Positions 28,540-32,000 of a stretch of 32,000 nucleotides of DNA are shown here, piece by piece. Position 1 is the stretch's first letter; the number at the start of each line of letters is the position of its first letter. The translations under genes and the position numbers were made by a program. The notes under the pieces were generated by a model. That model saw only the letters and a list, made by a program, of their open reading frames with translations, did no database searches and was not told the DNA's origin. Source of the stretch: Candidatus Profftella armatura (GTDB taxonomy: Bacteria; Pseudomonadota; Gammaproteobacteria; Burkholderiales; Burkholderiaceae); NCBI RefSeq assembly GCF_000441555.1, contig NC_021885.1, positions 180,001-212,000 on the forward strand, given 5' to 3'.

Positions 28540-29016
28540 ATTATTTTTATAAATCATAAAAATAAATCATTAGTTAATTTAATAAAGAATAAAACGCCTC
28601 GTCATCGTGCACGTGAATTTGCATTACAGGGAATTTATCAATGGCTTTTTAATAATATGGATGTTAATTTAATCGAAACATATATTAAAGAAATTTCTAA
28701 TTTTTATAAAGTTGATAAAAAATATTTTTATCTAATATTACGCGGGGTAATTAATGATATAAATTTTTTACGTTATGATTTATCATTAATAATAGATAGA
28801 TCAATTAATGAATTATCTTCAATTGAATATGTTGTATTATTAATTGGAACTTATGAATTGAAAAGTCATTATAAAATTCCTTATAAAGTAATAATTAACG
28901 AAGCTATTGAATTAGTAAAATCTTTTGGAAATATTGATGGTTATAAATATGTAAATAAAATTTTAGATAAAGTTGCATTAAATATACGAAATATAAAATT
29001 TAAAAAAATAAATTAA
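28540..29016 (+). CDS. nusB: Transcription antitermination factor NusB; 5' end extended beyond the track ORF to a putative non-canonical ATT start (exact start uncertain)
   Basis: The track ORF (28657-29016) begins MDVNLIETY. The same frame is open from 28507 and encodes ...NKTPRHRAREFALQGIYQWLFNN directly upstream. That matches the conserved NusB N-terminus (E. coli ARRRARECAVQALYSW). ribH-nusB is a conserved pair. Confidence 0.85.
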   Translation: MIFINHKNKSLVNLIKNKTPRHRAREFALQGIYQWLFNNMDVNLIETYIKEISNFYKVDKKYFYLILRGVINDINFLRYDLSLIIDRSINELSSIEYVVLLIGTYELKSHYKIPYKVIINEAIELVKSFGNIDGYKYVNKILDKVALNIRNIKFKKIN

Positions 29017-29080
29017 ATATATTTATTAGTTTAAATTATATGAATTTTAAAATAAAAATGAAATTTATTTTTTAATAGTA

Positions 29081-29086
29081 TATAAT
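29081..29086 (+). promoter_or_regulatory. Candidate -10 box (TATAAT) for the SRP RNA gene
   Basis: TATAAT lies 7 nt upstream of the first base of the terminal helix (G29094). ATGAAA sits 17 nt further upstream as a weak -35. In DNA this AT-rich such hexamers occur by chance, hence the low confidence. Confidence 0.3.
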
Positions 29087-29093
29087 TCTATAA

Positions 29094-29192
29094 GACGAGT
29101 CATTAAAACATTATAAAAATAACAAACCTGGTCAGGTCGGGAACGAAGCAGCCATAGTTATTATTTATAAGTGTTAAAATTTTTGACTCGTC
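29094..29192 (+). ncRNA. ffs: Signal recognition particle RNA (4.5S RNA)
   Basis: Contains CCTGGTCAGGTCGGGAACGAAGCAGCC, matching the universally conserved domain IV of E. coli 4.5S RNA (CCAGGUCAGGUCCGGAAGGAAGCAGCC). The GGAA tetraloop is kept, with a compensatory flip of the closing pair (C-G to G-C). A 9-bp terminal helix, GACGAGTCA/TGACTCGTC, encloses a long imperfect hairpin and is followed by a T-rich tract. Confidence 0.9.
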
Positions 29193-29271
29193 TATTTAAT
29201 TTTATTTTTTAAAATAATTTTAATATATCTTTATTTTAAAATTTTTATAAAATTTGATTTTAACAAAAAAA

Positions 29272-29647
29272 GGGGGCGATCTGGTTTCGACAAGGATAAT
29301 GATATAGAAAAAAGCATATCGAGATCTGGTTAACTCGTACCAATATTCCAGAAAATTTAAATGCAAATGAATCAAAATACGCTCCAGTACGTTTGGCAGC
29401 ATAAATTTATTAGTCACATATAAAGGACTAGCTCCATCTTTTTGTTCATTAGATTGATTAATGGAGTAAAAGAAATAATGAAATCGCAATAGTTAAAGTT
29501 ACTAAACTATTGTTAAAAATAGTAACTCGTCTTTTTTGAAGTTTGTGCATTATCTTTATTTAAAGATTAAAAAATGAAAATAGCACTAAATATGTAGAAA
29601 TGTCTATAAAATATTCTTGGACGCGGGTTCAATTCCCGCCGCCTCCA
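29272..29647 (+). ncRNA. ssrA: Transfer-messenger RNA (tmRNA, SsrA); CCA not encoded
   Basis: The 5' GGGGGCGATCTGGTTTCGAC pairs with the 3' ...GGACGCGGGTTCAATTCCCGCCGCCTCCA. This gives a tRNA-Ala-like acceptor with the G3-U wobble pair and a T-arm GCGGG-TTCAATT-CCCGC. An internal tag frame ends in LAA-stop. Confidence 0.92.
29363..29404 (+). other. tmRNA tag-peptide reading frame (resume codon GCA to TAA): ANESKYAPVRLAA
   Basis: GCA AAT GAA TCA AAA TAC GCT CCA GVA-position GTA CGT TTG GCA GCA TAA. It starts with AN and ends with LAA like proteobacterial tags, and is preceded by an A/U-rich stretch. Confidence 0.7.
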
Positions 29648-30007
29648 TAAATTTTATATATTTAAATTTCTTTTAAAGATAAAATGATTTTAATATTGAG
29701 TAATATCTATAATTACATTAAATTTTAATTAATATAATTAATATGTAATTTAAAAAATTTTTAATCGAAATACTTGTTAAAAAAATATTACAAATTAATT
29801 CTTTTAAATAATTAGAAATTTTTAAAAAAAATGAAATAAATACATAAAATACATAAAAATATGAAATTAATTCTAATATCAGTAATTATAAAAAATAATT
29901 TTTATAAACTAATAGATTTATTTCATAAATTTAATAAAAATAAATAATAGAATATATCGAGTATAAAATCTTAATTTTCACAAAAAATTTTACTTATTTA
30001 AAAAAAA

Positions 30008-32000
30008 ATGAAAGAAACCACTAAAGATTCTGATATAGTAGAAACAAAAGAATGGATTTCGGCATTAAAGTCTGTAATTAAGATAGAGGGACCTAATAGG
30101 GCATATTATTTAATAAAAAAAATGATAAAATTCTTATTGCGCCATGGAATGAATGTTCCTTTATTTAAAAATACAGCATATATTAATACAATATCAAATA
30201 ATTTTGATGATGATTTTCCGGGAAATATTAAAATTGAAGAGCATTTACAATCATTGATACGCTGGAATGCAATGGCATTAGTAATTAGAGCCAATAAGAT
30301 TGATAGTAGTTTAGGTGGACATTTGTCAAGTTTTGCTTCGTTAGCTCATATCCTAGAAATTGGATTTAATCATTTTTGGAGAGCCCCAACTCATAGTCAT
30401 GGAGGAGACTTAATATATATACAAGGTCATTCTGCTCCAGGTGTCTATGCTAGAGCTTTTCTTGAGGGTCGATTAACCGAAGAACAAATGATAAATTTTC
30501 GTCAAGAAGTTGATGGTTATGGTTTATCATCTTATCCTCACCCTAAATTAATGCCGAAATTTTGGCAATTTCCAACAGTTTCAATGGGATTAGGGCCATT
30601 AACAGCAATTCATCAGGCGCGTTTTTTAAAATATCTACATGCTCGTAAAATTACTAATACAATAAATAGAAAAATTTGGATTCTTTGTGGGGATGGAGAA
30701 ATGGATGAACCAGAATCAATAAGTGAAATTAGTATGGCTGCTCGTGAAAAACTTGATAATTTAATAATGATTGTAAATTGCAATCTTCAAAGATTAGATG
30801 GACCAGTACGGGGAAATAGTAAAATTATTCAAGAATTAGAAGCTCATTTTTATGGAGTTGGGTGGAATGTTATTAAAGTAATTTGGAGTAGTAGTTGGGA
30901 TAAATTATTAAAATGTGATCAAAATGGTATTCTTAAAAAGATAATGATGGATACTCTTGACGGAGAATATCAAAATTATAGATCTAAAAATAGTGATTTT
31001 ATACGTAAAAATTTTTTTGGAAAACATCCGAAATTATTAAAAATGATCGAAGAAATGTCAGATGAAGATATTTGGAATCTTACTTTTGGTGGACATGATT
31101 TACGTAAAATTTATTCAGCATTTAAAATGGCGCAAAAAAATAAAGATAAACCAACCGTATTGCTTATTAAAAGCATTAAAGGTTATGGATTAGGAAGATT
31201 TGGAGAAGCTCGTAATACGGCGCATAACATAAAAAAAATTGATCACCAAGGAATAAAGAGTATACGTGATTTTTTAAAATTACCTATTCCAGATTCAGAA
31301 TTATCATTAGTTCCATTTTATAAACCATCTAAAAATTCTCCAGAAATTCAATATTTAAAAAATTGTAGAAAAAAATTAGGCGGTTATTTACCAAAACGTC
31401 GCCAAAAATCTGATGAAAAATTATTAATTCCACCATTAGAAGCTTTCAAAAAAATTCTAGAACCTACTTTAAATGAAAGAAAAATTTCTACTACATATGC
31501 TTATGTCCGTATTTTAAATACTATACTTCGTGATAAAAATATTGGAAATCGCGTTGTTCCTATTTTGGTTGATGAATCACGTACTTTTGGTATGGAAGGT
31601 TTATTTAGACAAATTGGAATTTTTAGTCAAGTTGGGCAATTATATGATCCAGTTGATAAAGATCAAGTTATATATTATCGTGAAGAAAAAAATGGACAAA
31701 TTCTTCAAGAAGGAATTAATGAAGCGGGAGGTATGGGGTCATGGATTGCAGCTGCTACATCATATTCTACTAGTAATTGTATTATGATTCCATTCTTTAC
31801 TTTCTATTCAATGTTTGGATTACAACGAATAGGAGATTTAGCATGGTTAGCTGGAGATATACGTGCTAGAGGATTTTTAATAGGAGGAACTTCTGGACGA
31901 ACAACAATTAATGGTGAGGGGCTTCAGCATGAAGATGGTCATAGTCATGTATTAGCATCTACAATTCCAAATTGTATACCTTATGATCCAACATTTGCCC
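30008..32000 (+). CDS. aceE: Pyruvate dehydrogenase E1 component (homodimeric type), N-terminal ~664 codons; continues beyond the window
   Basis: Not in the ORF track because it is open at the window edge. From ATG 30008 it reads MKETTKDSDIVETKEWISALKSVIKIEGPNRAYYLI...IRWNAMALVIRANK...GGHLSSFAS...GDLIYIQGHSAPGVYARAFLEGRLTEEQMINFRQEV...SSYPHPKLMPKFWQFPTVSMGLGP...GDGEMDEPES...NCNLQRLDGPVRGN. At the edge, still in frame, it reads GGTSGRTTINGEGLQHEDGHSHVLASTIPNCIPYDPTFA. Collinear with E. coli AceE. Confidence 0.95.
   Translation, partial: MKETTKDSDIVETKEWISALKSVIKIEGPNRAYYLIKKMIKFLLRHGMNVPLFKNTAYINTISNNFDDDFPGNIKIEEHLQSLIRWNAMALVIRANKIDSSLGGHLSSFASLAHILEIGFNHFWRAPTHSHGGDLIYIQGHSAPGVYARAFLEGRLTEEQMINFRQEVDGYGLSSYPHPKLMPKFWQFPTVSMGLGPLTAIHQARFLKYLHARKITNTINRKIWILCGDGEMDEPESISEISMAAREKLDNLIMIVNCNLQRLDGPVRGNSKIIQELEAHFYGVGWNVIKVIWSSSWDKLLKCDQNGILKKIMMDTLDGEYQNYRSKNSDFIRKNFFGKHPKLLKMIEEMSDEDIWNLTFGGHDLRKIYSAFKMAQKNKDKPTVLLIKSIKGYGLGRFGEARNTAHNIKKIDHQGIKSIRDFLKLPIPDSELSLVPFYKPSKNSPEIQYLKNCRKKLGGYLPKRRQKSDEKLLIPPLEAFKKILEPTLNERKISTTYAYVRILNTILRDKNIGNRVVPILVDESRTFGMEGLFRQIGIFSQVGQLYDPVDKDQVIYYREEKNGQILQEGINEAGGMGSWIAAATSYSTSNCIMIPFFTFYSMFGLQRIGDLAWLAGDIRARGFLIGGTSGRTTINGEGLQHEDGHSHVLASTIPNCIPYDPTFA

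Noticed and set aside
29220-29489. 89-aa minus-strand ORF (MRFHYFFYSINQSNEQKDG...).
   Set aside because: It overlaps the 5' two-thirds of the plus-strand tmRNA gene, whose acceptor and T-arm pairing and tag frame are clear. The ORF is an artefact of the non-coding RNA sequence.
30106-31787. Track ORFs 30106-30294(-) and 31530-31787(+).
   Set aside because: Both lie inside aceE in other frames. The aceE frame (from 30008, open to the window end) matches pyruvate dehydrogenase E1 throughout.
1-32000. Mobile elements, CRISPR arrays, integrases or transposases, toxin-antitoxin or defence modules, and rRNA genes.
   Set aside because: There are no regularly spaced direct repeats, and no terminal inverted repeats flanking an ORF. 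No ORF shows transposase, integrase, nuclease or defence-type signatures. The only exact repeat of note is the 2 x 27-bp tandem duplication at 11422-11475.
1-32000. An alternative genetic code (UGA read as Trp), as in some tiny betaproteobacterial symbionts.
   Set aside because: All recognised genes are full length under the standard code with TGG for Trp. No gene needed read-through of an in-frame TGA to restore collinearity with its family.

Overview
This window is an ordinary housekeeping stretch from a very AT-rich, reduced bacterial genome. Intergenic DNA is almost pure A/T, Shine-Dalgarno sequences are weak, and long poly(A) runs sit inside genes. The standard genetic code fits: all large ORFs close on TAA or TAG, and Trp is TGG.

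Gene content and local order suggest a betaproteobacterial intracellular symbiont. The supporting arrangements are divergent rpsT/murJ, hslVU-dksA, gmk-rpoZ and ribB(X)-ribH-nusB followed by ffs and ssrA. A Candidatus Kinetoplastibacterium-like or Profftella-like lineage is my guess from memory. It cannot be verified without a database search.

I can support these features:
- 26 protein-coding genes: metG (5' part), gltX, secA, mnmA, an orphan Dpp/Opp-type ABC permease, htpG, rpsT, murJ, rsmH, a BioC-like methyltransferase, Nif3/ybgI, hslU, hslV, dksA, ligA, grxD, ppa, hemC, rpoZ, gmk, hemW, dusA, ribBX-type ribB, ribH, nusB and aceE (5' part).
- One disrupted HIT-family gene.
- tRNA-Glu(UUC) and tRNA-Arg(CCU).
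- SRP (4.5S) RNA and tmRNA.

I found no mobile element, CRISPR array, defence or toxin module, or unexplained multi-gene cassette, so I do not claim a novel system. The points worth a second look are signs of genome erosion and annotation traps:
- An in-frame-stop HIT relic that runs into the next gene.
- A nusB whose conserved N-terminus lies upstream of any ATG, GTG or TTG.
- A lone permease flanked by AT deserts, with a possible dppB tail relic.
- gmk-rpoZ followed by hemC instead of spoT.
- A perfect 27-bp tandem duplication abutting the murJ start.
- A catalytically degenerate GTP cyclohydrolase II domain on RibB.
- Adjacent ffs and ssrA genes, with a 13-residue predicted tmRNA tag.
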